The position numbers were made by a program, and so were the translations under genes. The notes beneath the pieces are model-generated. The model ran no database searches, was not told where the DNA came from, and saw only the letters and a program-made list of their open reading frames with translations. A DNA stretch of 37,113 bases, taken from the NCBI GenBank assembly GCA_028867755.1, contig JAGWFT010000003.1, positions 1-37,113 of the forward strand. Direction: 5' to 3'. This document shows, piece after piece, positions 17,599 to 26,795 of this stretch. Origin of the DNA: Nitrososphaerota archaeon (GTDB lineage Archaea > Thermoproteota > Nitrososphaeria > Nitrososphaerales > Nitrosopumilaceae). Position 1 is the stretch's first letter. Every line of letters begins with the position of its first letter.

Positions 17599-17682
17599 AG
17601 GAGAAACTGTGGTCTTATTAGCACCTGTCAAGCCAGACCATATCGTGCTTATCATATGTCTTGACTCCCACAGTTTCGTCCT
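17599..17682. ncRNA. Candidate structured RNA (long closing stem plus pseudoknot-capable internal helices); strand uncertain
   Basis: GAAACTGTGG/CCACAGTTTC 10 bp; AGCAC/GTGCT; GTCAAG/CTTGAC; TGGTCT/AGACCA; no meaningful ORF. Confidence 0.4.
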
Positions 17683-17806
17683 CTACTATTCATTATAAGA
17701 ATACTTTTCACTTTTGGCCATTTGGGCGGGGGTAAGCCTGATTTAATTTTGATATCAATTAGATGAAATGCTAGAGTTATTATGTAACTGCTCCTGTACC
17801 AAAATC

Positions 17807-17944
17807 ATGTCAGATCGGGAAATGCATCCGGCTGTCTGCTCGGATTGCAAAAAAGAAACACAGGTTCCTTTCAAACCAATGGAAGGTAAACCAGTATACT
17901 GTCGTGAATGTTTACCAAAACATCGTACTCAAAGAAGATTTTAG
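17807..17944 (+). CDS. CxxC-x17-CxxC zinc-finger small protein (45 aa). Not in the ORF track
   Basis: MSDREMHPAVCSDCKKETQVPFKPMEGKPVYCRECLPKHRTQRRF*, the classic AVCxxC..VPFKP..GKPVYCxxC family. Confidence 0.9.
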   Translation: MSDREMHPAVCSDCKKETQVPFKPMEGKPVYCRECLPKHRTQRRF

Positions 17945-18024
17945 GCTGAAATACGCCCAAATCAATTTTTTACTTTTAATTGGCCTACCGAAGGTATTAT
18001 CTATTTCATATGGTATGAATATGA

Positions 18025-18399
18025 TTGGTAAAGTTGACTGCCAAAGACTCCTTGGATTACGACTCTATATGTGAAAAGGTACTGAGCCTTGATTCGGAGA
18101 TAAGATTTGTCGGTGTAATAAATGAGAGGGGAAAGCTTCTCGCAGGAGGTTTGCGTGAGGGTCTCAAGTCTCTTGAGGATCCAAAAGACGACGAAATGCT
18201 GTTTACCGAAGTTGCTCTGCGTGCACGCATGAGAAAAGAATTTGACAACCAGTTGGGAAAGGTCAGATTTGCAATGTCACTTAGAGACAAGGTAATCATC
18301 ATGAGCTTTCCAATAGATTCTCATGACATATTGTATGTGTCTGCAAATACTGGTTTAGATCATGGCAAAATTTCAATGAAGATACTGGGAATGCTTTAG
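18025..18399 (+). CDS. Thaumarchaeal roadblock-like protein (DUF6659-like, recalled from memory)
   Basis: IRFVGVINERGKLLAGG...RKEFDNQLGKVRF...RDKVIIMSFP. Confidence 0.75.
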   Translation: MVKLTAKDSLDYDSICEKVLSLDSEIRFVGVINERGKLLAGGLREGLKSLEDPKDDEMLFTEVALRARMRKEFDNQLGKVRFAMSLRDKVIIMSFPIDSHDILYVSANTGLDHGKISMKILGML

Positions 18400-18403
18400 G
18401 GAC

Positions 18404-18781
18404 CTATTGATAATGTTTTACGATGGGAAGACAACTATCTATTATTCTGAGAACTTCAGAGCGAACTACATTTTTATCAATTGAGATCCACACTGTATTC
18501 TTGCCTAGTGTGAATGATATTGTCTGAACTTTTTCTCGTTCTTCCCAGAGAAATTTTACATCTCCAAGCTGCCTGTTAAACTGTGTCGCCATACCTCTTT
18601 GGGTTGCAAGATGGGAAAACTTGTTTTTTGTATTTTTTGTGTCAAGTAAAGGTTTGAGATCTCCTCTTCTTACATAGGCGACTAGTCCACCATTATTGTT
18701 TATGATGCCAGCAAATCTAACATAACGACTAATGCCGCTTATTCTCTCTGTAATCTCTTGCGCTTCGACTTTGTTCAACAC
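18404..18781 (-). CDS. Second roadblock-like paralogue, convergent on 18025..18399
   Basis: VRFAGIINNNGGL...FNRQLGDVKF...REKVQTISF aligns by eye with the neighbour. Confidence 0.72.
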   Translation of the reverse strand: MLNKVEAQEITERISGISRYVRFAGIINNNGGLVAYVRRGDLKPLLDTKNTKNKFSHLATQRGMATQFNRQLGDVKFLWEEREKVQTISFTLGKNTVWISIDKNVVRSEVLRIIDSCLPIVKHYQ

Positions 18782-18876
18782 AACAATTCTAAGTGTTTGA
18801 TATTTAACTATTAAGAAAGTGAAATTAAAAATTAAGAAAAGTTTGGAAACCTAGTTTCTTTAAACTAGTGTTCGTT

Positions 18877-19179
18877 CTATTCAGCTGGCTGAGACCCTTC
18901 TACTATATCTGCAGTAGCAAATCTCTGGCCTACTTCAGTAATCTTTACCTTACTGTTCTGACCAACCTTGCCATTTTTAACGAATATCACAAATCCTTCT
19001 ACTCTTGCGATACCGTCGCCTTTTCTGCTAATTTCCGTTATGGAAACATCGTATTCTTTTCCGGTCTCTACTGGTTTTGGTTTATTGTCGTCAAATCGTC
19101 TACCGCCGCCTCCGAATCCTCGGCCGCCGCCGTATCCGCGGTTAGACCTTCCTCCAAAACCGCCTTGGTTATAACTCAT
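18877..19179 (-). CDS. TRAM-domain RNA-binding protein with Gly/Arg-rich N-terminus
   Basis: MSYNQGGFGGRSNRGYGGGRGFGGGGRR then KPVETGKEYDVSITEISRKGDGIARVEGFVIFV; start ATG 19179 (ORF track 19305). Confidence 0.9.
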   Translation of the reverse strand: MSYNQGGFGGRSNRGYGGGRGFGGGGRRFDDNKPKPVETGKEYDVSITEISRKGDGIARVEGFVIFVKNGKVGQNSKVKITEVGQRFATADIVEGSQPAE

Positions 19180-19360
19180 CCTTGCACCTCCTTCTTCAAA
19201 ATTATACCATATATCTCCTAATAAGAATGGATATGGAATATTTTCTCCTTTAAAACATCTTTTGGTACTTGTCAGAAATAACTCCTTAAACATTTCTTGA
19301 GCCAATGGAGAAAAAAGTTAGATTTCAGTGATTAACAATGAACACAAAAAGTACTGAAAG

Positions 19361-20110
19361 TTGAAAGAAACCCATATCATATCAATCTCAATAGTACTTC
19401 TAGTCACAGTTATCGTTTTTTCAAACATTCAGGTATCCCACTCGACACTTTCTTACAGCATGCTTGTCACAGTGAAACCCCAAAAAGATCCAATCATGCA
19501 AGGGGATTATCCAGTGATAATCGGAAGTGTCACAGATCAAGCATATAGACCAGTTACCAATGCTAATGTGTTTATCCTATTTGGATCTGAAGCAGTAACA
19601 ACAACTACTGATAACCAAGGCAATTTTAAGTACCAATCTGCTATCGCCTCTACTCCAGGTACCTATGAAATCGATGTTACTATTACAAAACCTGGGTATG
19701 TAAAACAACTTGCCAGCTCAACTTACACTGTAAACCCGTATCCCACCACAAAGACAACCCCTGCAAATGTCACCACACCAATCACAAATACAATAACTGG
19801 ACTACCAATATCTGCAGGAAACTATACTGTCTTTCTTGGTAAGGTTGCCCAATGGAATCTTGAGACTACCTGTTTTGTAGACTTTTCTGACAAGTACATG
19901 AGATTTTTGAAAACATGTGATCTATACAATTTGGATCCTAAAGACTTTCAAATAGATCAACAAGTTGCACCTACAGTCACAGTCATACAGTATCACAATA
20001 CTTATCGACTCTTTTCAGAGAGTGTTTATACAGAATCATTCTATCTTGGAAATGACACACTTGATAATTTTGTAAAGGGAACATGGCAAAATTATACTGC
20101 TCCCAAATAA
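19361..20110 (+). CDS. Secreted protein with Ig-like domain, Thr/Pro linker and uncharacterised C-terminal domain
   Basis: Signal peptide; IIGSVTDQAYRPVTNANV...TTTDNQGNF...PGTYEIDVT. Confidence 0.72.
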   Translation: MKETHIISISIVLLVTVIVFSNIQVSHSTLSYSMLVTVKPQKDPIMQGDYPVIIGSVTDQAYRPVTNANVFILFGSEAVTTTTDNQGNFKYQSAIASTPGTYEIDVTITKPGYVKQLASSTYTVNPYPTTKTTPANVTTPITNTITGLPISAGNYTVFLGKVAQWNLETTCFVDFSDKYMRFLKTCDLYNLDPKDFQIDQQVAPTVTVIQYHNTYRLFSESVYTESFYLGNDTLDNFVKGTWQNYTAPK

Positions 20111-20141
20111 TAAATAATTATTTTTGAAAAACTTTCATGTT

Positions 20142-20753
20142 CTAAAAGAACAAATCTTTATTTCTCATCTTGACTGCATCTTTTTTCCACTCTGATGCAA
20201 AAAGATTATCGGGCTCGTCTTCAAGCACCTTATCAAAATATGCTATTGCCTCATCGTATTTACCTAAATGAAGAAGTGACAATCCCTTGTTTACTGATAT
20301 ATTAAGATCATTTGGCTGTTGTTCTAAAATTTTATCAAAACATCCTATTGCTTCTCTGTATCTGCCAAGGCTATCCAAAGAATAACCCTTCAAGGAAAGT
20401 GCGCCAAGATCAATTGGATCTATTCTTAATGCTTCTTCAAAACATAACAATGCCTCTTCTTGCCTATTCATGGTGGGGTTTGACAGGCAAAGTCCTTTGT
20501 TGATAAGGGCTGCAAAGTTATCCGATTCAATTCTCAATACCATGTTATAGTAATTTATCGCATCCCTGAATCTTAGAATCATCTGAAGCGATATTGCCTT
20601 GTCGTACAAAAACTCGGTATTATCTGGTTCAAGTTCTAATGCTTTATCAAAACTGGCAATTGCCTCTTCATGTCTTCCTAACTGTTGCAGCTCAAGTCCA
20701 TTTTTGTGAAAAGACTCTTCATTACTTACAGGAGTCTTGACTGACTTGTTCAT
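20142..20753 (-). CDS. Tetratricopeptide repeat protein
   Basis: About five TPRs (LGRHEEAIASFDKALELEP; LGKYDEAIAYFDKVLEDEP). Confidence 0.88.
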   Translation of the reverse strand: MNKSVKTPVSNEESFHKNGLELQQLGRHEEAIASFDKALELEPDNTEFLYDKAISLQMILRFRDAINYYNMVLRIESDNFAALINKGLCLSNPTMNRQEEALLCFEEALRIDPIDLGALSLKGYSLDSLGRYREAIGCFDKILEQQPNDLNISVNKGLSLLHLGKYDEAIAYFDKVLEDEPDNLFASEWKKDAVKMRNKDLFF

Positions 20754-20843
20754 ATGATGGTTTTATGGTCTCATAATGGATAAAGATACATCTTTTCTGG
20801 CTGAAGGCAATTTAACAAAATGGATATATGATAATTATAGCAA

Positions 20844-21380
20844 ATGTCAAATAGAGATTTTTATAAAACATTAAACATGAAAGAAGAGGCAGTAAAGTTA
20901 AGCAACATTGAGATATCAAAGTTGATTTTAAACATTAAACAACATTTTACAGAACTGGGTCTGCAGATAATTCATGAGGACAGCCATGAGGGATATTGGA
21001 GCATAAAGGCTCACAAGGGTGGAACATTATCTGCCGTCACTGGAAGCATACGAGACGTTGAGATATTGATAACAGGCTCGAGCAATAATTATGATCTGAT
21101 TTTTAGAACTGGAGCTTGGGGAAGAGACATTGCAATCCCTGCACTTCTTGCAAGTGCAGTCTCATTTGGGGCTGGAGCAATAGTGGCAGGTGCAGAAGTG
21201 TATAGAGCCCACAAGTTTGAAAAGAATTTTTGGGAGTGGATAAATCAAACAATACGCTCTCTTAATGCTACAATGAGTGCGCCTTCCAGTGTATCTTCTA
21301 GTGGAAAAATTTGTAGCAATTGTAATCTGCCACTTCAACCAGAGGCAAAGTTTTGCATGCATTGTGGATCCAAGCAATAA
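20844..21380 (+). CDS. Hypothetical protein with C-terminal zinc ribbon
   Basis: CSNC-x10-CMHC at the C-terminus; glycine-zipper-like hydrophobic segment. Confidence 0.78.
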   Translation: MSNRDFYKTLNMKEEAVKLSNIEISKLILNIKQHFTELGLQIIHEDSHEGYWSIKAHKGGTLSAVTGSIRDVEILITGSSNNYDLIFRTGAWGRDIAIPALLASAVSFGAGAIVAGAEVYRAHKFEKNFWEWINQTIRSLNATMSAPSSVSSSGKICSNCNLPLQPEAKFCMHCGSKQ

Positions 21381-21424
21381 GGAACTATACGCTGTAATAA
21401 TGCCAGTCTGTAGTTGATATAGTC

Positions 21425-21928
21425 TTAAAATCTAAAAACCAGTCTATTTTTAGCCACAAATATTGCAGAAAAGACAGAGATTATAAAAACAAGAATAGCT
21501 GTAGGGCCAAATTCTGGTGTAGTTGCATTGTTTGAAGAATTAGTTGTAAGGGGTGATGCCACTATTACCTCTCCTGTCATCCAAGGATGAATTGAGCAAA
21601 AATAATTGTATGTGCCAGGACTTAGGAATATGAAAGAGTATGTTGCCTGAGGTGCCATCATATCACTATCAAATACAACTCCTGTATTGTTCTCTGATGG
21701 CTCGCCGCTTGTTACTGTATGTGCAGTACTATCGATGTTTGTCCATGTGACTATTGTTTTTGGGGGTACATCTATGGTGGTAGGATCATAGCAACTCTTG
21801 GACAAGACACAATTTTGACTTGCTTCACTTCCACCCGTAATGTTTACTGAAACACTAGTCTCTTCTGCAAACACAGGTACGACCGCAGATAAAAGCAACG
21901 TCAATGAAATCATCAATGCTAATCTCAT
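21425..21928 (-). CDS. Cupredoxin (blue copper) PEFG-CTERM protein
   Basis: Signal MRLALMISLTLLLSAVVPVFA, AHTVTSG, YFCSIHPWM, TPEFGPTAILVFII...KNR; start ATG 21928 (ORF track 22006). Confidence 0.88.
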   Translation of the reverse strand: MRLALMISLTLLLSAVVPVFAEETSVSVNITGGSEASQNCVLSKSCYDPTTIDVPPKTIVTWTNIDSTAHTVTSGEPSENNTGVVFDSDMMAPQATYSFIFLSPGTYNYFCSIHPWMTGEVIVASPLTTNSSNNATTPEFGPTAILVFIISVFSAIFVAKNRLVFRF

Positions 21929-22049
21929 TTTCCTAATTGATGACGTATGTAACCTAGAATCAAATGTATCGATAATTCTCAGACTTTGTTTAAAATGTAT
22001 GGGCATGTATGCTAGTAGATGAAAACATCTTATGCATTAAATAGGAGAA

Positions 22050-22421
22050 ATGATGACCTGTGCTGTGCAAGGCTCTAGTGCGCTTGATATCTATGATTCT
22101 AAAAAAGCAGATAAGGCACTTAAGATGCTTTATGCAGATAAAAGCAACGAATTTCATGAACTCGCACATGCTACAGGTTATCCTGTAACCAACAAAGACT
22201 GGGAGAAGATCATCTTGAATTTCTGCCTAGACTTTGATGATTGTTTCAAGGCATGGTCAGATGCAAATACGCCGTCTGATCACAAAAAAGTACACAAATG
22301 TATGACAATGATGAGGCAGATAGCACATGGAAAAACAAACATGACTGAGGTGGCAAAACTACAGACCATTGCATATCGAATTGCAGAAGATTTCAAGTCC
22401 ATCTATAAGAGAATGGACTAA
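22050..22421 (+). CDS. Hypothetical helical protein
   Basis: 123-aa ORF with ATG and coding-like composition; no recognised motif. Confidence 0.72.
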   Translation: MMTCAVQGSSALDIYDSKKADKALKMLYADKSNEFHELAHATGYPVTNKDWEKIILNFCLDFDDCFKAWSDANTPSDHKKVHKCMTMMRQIAHGKTNMTEVAKLQTIAYRIAEDFKSIYKRMD

Positions 22422-22537
22422 TATCGTCTCTCTCTAAACGGCATATCTCAATTTTATATGATTGATCGTACAAGCTGAGCAGGTACTATGAAAACTCTCA
22501 CACCTAGTCATATTATCGGTCTTTGAAGATTTTTGTC

Positions 22538-22675
22538 ATGTCAAACTCTGATAAAATATCTGTAGAAGAGATGTGGAAAACACTGGAACGCTATGGAATC
22601 AAGCGTGAAATGCTTGAGAAATTACATCCTTCAAACGAAACTATTTCGCACCTTTATTCTTCGATAAAAAGATAA
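22538..22675 (+). CDS. Putative 45-aa small protein. Not in the ORF track
   Basis: MSNSDKISVEEMWKTLERYGIKREMLEKLHPSNETISHLYSSIKR*; helical pattern; fills the intergenic gap. Confidence 0.55.
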   Translation: MSNSDKISVEEMWKTLERYGIKREMLEKLHPSNETISHLYSSIKR

Positions 22676-22769
22676 AATGCATATCAATGATTCACTGATT
22701 TACTAAAGTCAACAAGAAATATTTTGTAAATTCCAGTCTTTCTACACTTGAGAGATATGTTCTAAAAAT

Positions 22770-24092
22770 TTAATGTTGTATGTAGTTTACGATCTCTTTG
22801 AAACGTGGATTTTTCTTCAAACGATCAAGGTCATTATCATGTGAAGCAGCTTCTTTCCACGAAGAGTCAAGGCGAATTGCTCTTTCAAGAGATGTGATTG
22901 CACCATATTCATCTCCCTTTATGGAACATAGACACGCTTTGTTGTATAATGCTTCGGCATTACTGCGATCGATTCTTATCACTCTGTTGTACAATTCAAG
23001 CGCTTCATTATTTTTTCCAAGCCTGTATAGTGCATGTCCCTTGAATGTGAGTGCACTTACATAATTGGTGTCGATTTTTAGAGCAGCATCAAAACATTCT
23101 GCTGCCTGTTGGTATTTCTCGCTCTTGTACAATGAAATTCCCTTATTGTATGAAACATGAACATTTTCTGGTACGACCTCTAGTGCTTTGTTAAAGTATT
23201 CTAGTGCACTGTCATATTCTTCTGTTGAATCTAGGACTACTCCTTTATTGTTAAGTGCTGCCATCTTTGTAGGGTTTCTTTTTAGAATGTATTCGTATGT
23301 CTCTGCAGCTTTTTGAGAATTACCTGTTATGTAGTAAAAGTTAGCTATTCTTAGAAGATACTCATCCTCCTCTATGGCTGGCTTGTTTGACTTTTGTATG
23401 ATTTCTCTTAGTCTATTGTTTTCTTCTAGAAGAGGTAATATCTCCTGTCGTGTCTCATCTTGTAACTGTATGGTTTGTTCTGACCTTAGTACAAGCGGTA
23501 AGCCTGCCAAAGTCAAACTCTTTGTAATGTATGTCTTATTTTCTTCAAATTTGGAACTTTCATCTTGTAATAAGACTGTGCTAGTAGAAGTCGGTATAGT
23601 TGGTGGTTCTTCTTGTTGTTCGGGTGCTTGGTCACTTGTTGTTTTTACCTCTGCGTTATTTTTCTCGGTAGTCCAAGTGGATAAAATACCGTAAATTTTT
23701 TTCACATCATACTGCAAACTCAAATCGGCATTTTCCTTGCCTATAGCTGTTTCTTCAATCCTATTCAATATTTTGTTATACTGTACTATGTCAATGTCAT
23801 GCAAGTTCTTAAAAAACAAAATCACATGTTTTATTTTCTCTCTTGTGTGTCCTGAGGAATTATCATAAACCATGCTGGCAATTGAGTCAAAGGGCAAGGG
23901 AAGTACTGCAAAACTCTCTTTTGCAACAGACTTTAACTCATGACTATTTCCATCGAATTCTTTTATATTGTCCATGGCTTTTGCTTCAAATTTTGTTATA
24001 CTCTTACCGAGTTCTTCCAAAGTAGGAAGGGTCTTTTCAGATGACTTGAACTTGTTCAGTGATGGAAATTTCAAATCTACAATAAATGGCAT
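22770..24092 (-). CDS. TPR protein with uncharacterised N-terminal region and C-terminal TPR-end motif
   Basis: C-terminal TPRs (AALNNKGVVL, VSYNKGISL, ALYNKAC...LERAIRLD...A..D.DL..L). Confidence 0.82.
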   Translation of the reverse strand: MPFIVDLKFPSLNKFKSSEKTLPTLEELGKSITKFEAKAMDNIKEFDGNSHELKSVAKESFAVLPLPFDSIASMVYDNSSGHTREKIKHVILFFKNLHDIDIVQYNKILNRIEETAIGKENADLSLQYDVKKIYGILSTWTTEKNNAEVKTTSDQAPEQQEEPPTIPTSTSTVLLQDESSKFEENKTYITKSLTLAGLPLVLRSEQTIQLQDETRQEILPLLEENNRLREIIQKSNKPAIEEDEYLLRIANFYYITGNSQKAAETYEYILKRNPTKMAALNNKGVVLDSTEEYDSALEYFNKALEVVPENVHVSYNKGISLYKSEKYQQAAECFDAALKIDTNYVSALTFKGHALYRLGKNNEALELYNRVIRIDRSNAEALYNKACLCSIKGDEYGAITSLERAIRLDSSWKEAASHDNDLDRLKKNPRFKEIVNYIQH

Positions 24093-24204
24093 TTATCCGA
24101 TTAATAATGCAATCTCTTGATAGGTTCTTTTTAACTATGCTTAAAACCGAGTAATAATGCCATCAAAGATCATATTTTTCAATGACTAGGGACAATATTA
24201 TACC

Positions 24205-24891
24205 ATGATTGAATCTGTAAAGAGAAACGAATTCATATCCTTTATAGAAAAAGAAGCAAAAATTCATGTTGACAGTTATATCGAAAGCGCGATACATCTT
24301 GCAGAAGAGGTTCATTCTGGAGTCAAAAGAGAAGATGGTATGTCATCGTTTCTTGAGACTCACATATTTCCAGTAACAATGAACGTAATCAGACACTACA
24401 AGTGGGCAAATAAACCCATGACTACAATCCAGATCGTCTCGGCAATTTTGCATGATGTGATGGAAGACAATGACAGAATATTGGATTTGCACGCGTCAAA
24501 ATCGTATGGCTTTGATGCATATTTTAGCCATAGATTTGGCGAATATGTTCACAGAACAGCCTCTGTTCTGAAAACAAAACCTCTGGAAACCTATCAGGGT
24601 GTAACTGACAAAGAACGCGAGCTTGAGAGATTCCGTGAATATTGTAACACCTTGACAAAATCAGATTATGATATCAAAGCTATCAAGCTTGCTGACAGAT
24701 TAAACAACATGCGATTCATCTCCAAGATTCCTGAAAACGAGAAAGTAATGCGTTACATTAGAGAAGCAGAAGATTTCTACATTGCTTATACGATAATTGA
24801 ACCAAGAATGGATGACTTTTACTTTGAAATTAGAGAAGCATATGAAGATCTGAGAAAGATTGAAAAGGAAACGACAAAAATAACTGCATAA
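24205..24891 (+). CDS. HD-domain hydrolase of the RelA/SpoT hydrolase (HD_4, Mesh1/SAH-like) type, intact motifs
   Basis: HSGVKREDG...TH, AILHDVMED (HD at 24451-24456), IKLADRLNNMR. Confidence 0.82.
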   Translation: MIESVKRNEFISFIEKEAKIHVDSYIESAIHLAEEVHSGVKREDGMSSFLETHIFPVTMNVIRHYKWANKPMTTIQIVSAILHDVMEDNDRILDLHASKSYGFDAYFSHRFGEYVHRTASVLKTKPLETYQGVTDKERELERFREYCNTLTKSDYDIKAIKLADRLNNMRFISKIPENEKVMRYIREAEDFYIAYTIIEPRMDDFYFEIREAYEDLRKIEKETTKITA

Positions 24892-24913
24892 AATTTAAAA
24901 ATAATTCCACTGT

Positions 24914-26782
24914 CTACCCGTATTGATAATTAATTCCCTTCTCGCCTCGTGGGTGTTTCCAGTCTGTCTGCTCTGAGCAGGTACCGCACTCGACACATCC
25001 TTCATGCTGTATCATAACACCTTCTTTTTCCATGATGTAGCATTTTGTAGGACATAACGTTACCATATTTTTCATAAACTCACTAGTGGGCTTTAGTACC
25101 TTGATGTGTGATACGCTGTCATCATTGAAGTTTAGTTTTGCAACTCTTTGTCCAATAGATGGGATAGTAGGAGTATAAGATGTAGATATGCTCTTACCCA
25201 ATCTTTCTGCAAGTTCTGTTGGTACCTTGACATACGTATCAACAGTCTCAATTATTGGCAATAGTTTTTCGTATCCAAGAATGTTTGCAAATCCTACTGC
25301 AAAGCTTCTCAATGTGTTGCTTGACATCATCTTTACAACTAATCCGTATTTTGAGCTAATGATGTCTTTTGGGACATCCTTTGCTGCATCAAGAAATATC
25401 TTCAGATAATCTTTGTCTATTGCCTTTAGATCATGAGTATACGGACTTTCTTCGACTGATTGTGAATAGTACTCGCCAAGATAGTTATTTGCAAAATTGC
25501 CTTTGTCCAACGCTCTTGCCACTGCATTTGCTGCTCTTGCACCGTCATCAATTCCAACGTTGAGCCCTTCTATTCTGGGACCTACAAATATACCTCTACC
25601 TGCTGCATCTCCGACAAACAATATGTTCTTAAAGTAAGGTTTTTCCATTCTGCAACGTTTTCCGTCTGGCACAAGCTTTGCACTATATTCTGCTTCAACA
25701 TAATCTGTATCAAATTTAATATTGTACTTTGTTGACATCTGGTCTCTAAGAGAAGACAACTGTGATTCTATCTCTTCTGCAGATCCATACTTTCCTTCTC
25801 TGACAAGTCGTTCTTTCTCTTTTTTGGAATAGTAAACATCTCTAAGCTCTGACCAATTCTTTATCATCTTTGTTACGGCAAAGCGAATACGCATCTGTTC
25901 TTCTTTTGGAAGATCCTTGTCAATCTCGCTTCGTACTGGGACTTCGTCTTTTACAAACTCACTTATCATGGGATTTTTCAGCAATGTGTTTACAAGCTCA
26001 TAAGGCTCAACGGGAGTTTCTAAAAGCGAATCAAAATGATACACAGCTCCCAATGACAAAGTGTCACGATTAGTGTAGAGAAAACCTCCACCTATGTGAT
26101 CTAGTGTAACATCTCCCGCAAAAAGATGTGCGGCACCGTCATCTTGCTCAATTGAAAATCTTTGATTTATTATTTCCTCAGGAAGTTTTACAACTACCTT
26201 GACTCCCTGATATAGTTCACTTGGGGAGAATTTTTGTCGTGCGCCAGTCATGTATGCAACTTCGGAATTTACTCCATCGGCTGCAATTATTGCCTTGACT
26301 TCTATCTCTTCGAGCTCATCTGTCTGTATGATGGTGCGCTCGCCTTCCCATCTTATGGAATTGACATGAACTCCGGACACTATTCCTCCGCCTTGTTTTT
26401 GGGCTGCTTCTCCGGCTTGTTGTGAAAACCATTGGTTTAGCTTATTCATGAGCACTGAGCAACCAAAGTTTGCCTCATACTCATGGGCTGCAGTCAAGTC
26501 TATGGAAAAGACCTTGTCTTTTGATGTTGCATGTAGGATGTATTTTGTTATCTTTCTCTCAAAAGGTGCATCATTTAGAAAATTTTCAAAAATGTCTTCG
26601 ACATTGTATGTCTTGCCTTTTTTTGGCTTTTTAGAATAAAGTATTCCACCTGAAATGTTTTTAGAACCAATCTTATTTCCTGCCTCGAAAAGTATTACCT
26701 GTTTTCCTAGTGCAGATAATTGCTTTAAAGCTGCAAGCCCAGCAGAGCCTCCTCCAATAATAGCTACATCATATTTTTCCAA
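24914..26782 (-). CDS. fixC: FixC-type ETF:quinone flavoprotein fused to a C-terminal FixX-like ferredoxin
   Basis: DVAIIGGGSAGLAA, KNISGG, ADGVNS, GGGFLYTN, VGDAAG; C-terminal CPTKCY...HEGCVECGTC...WKHPRGEKGINYQYG. Confidence 0.85.
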   Translation of the reverse strand: MEKYDVAIIGGGSAGLAALKQLSALGKQVILFEAGNKIGSKNISGGILYSKKPKKGKTYNVEDIFENFLNDAPFERKITKYILHATSKDKVFSIDLTAAHEYEANFGCSVLMNKLNQWFSQQAGEAAQKQGGGIVSGVHVNSIRWEGERTIIQTDELEEIEVKAIIAADGVNSEVAYMTGARQKFSPSELYQGVKVVVKLPEEIINQRFSIEQDDGAAHLFAGDVTLDHIGGGFLYTNRDTLSLGAVYHFDSLLETPVEPYELVNTLLKNPMISEFVKDEVPVRSEIDKDLPKEEQMRIRFAVTKMIKNWSELRDVYYSKKEKERLVREGKYGSAEEIESQLSSLRDQMSTKYNIKFDTDYVEAEYSAKLVPDGKRCRMEKPYFKNILFVGDAAGRGIFVGPRIEGLNVGIDDGARAANAVARALDKGNFANNYLGEYYSQSVEESPYTHDLKAIDKDYLKIFLDAAKDVPKDIISSKYGLVVKMMSSNTLRSFAVGFANILGYEKLLPIIETVDTYVKVPTELAERLGKSISTSYTPTIPSIGQRVAKLNFNDDSVSHIKVLKPTSEFMKNMVTLCPTKCYIMEKEGVMIQHEGCVECGTCSEQTDWKHPRGEKGINYQYG

Positions 26783-26795
26783 ATCTGTTCCACCT

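Noticed and set aside
17599-17682. Hammerhead or pistol ribozyme (minus strand contains GAGGACGAAAC and CAGGTGCTAA)
   Set aside because: No CUGANGA core at a compatible position and the pistol P1/pseudoknot layout does not fit; kept only as an unclassified structured-RNA candidate
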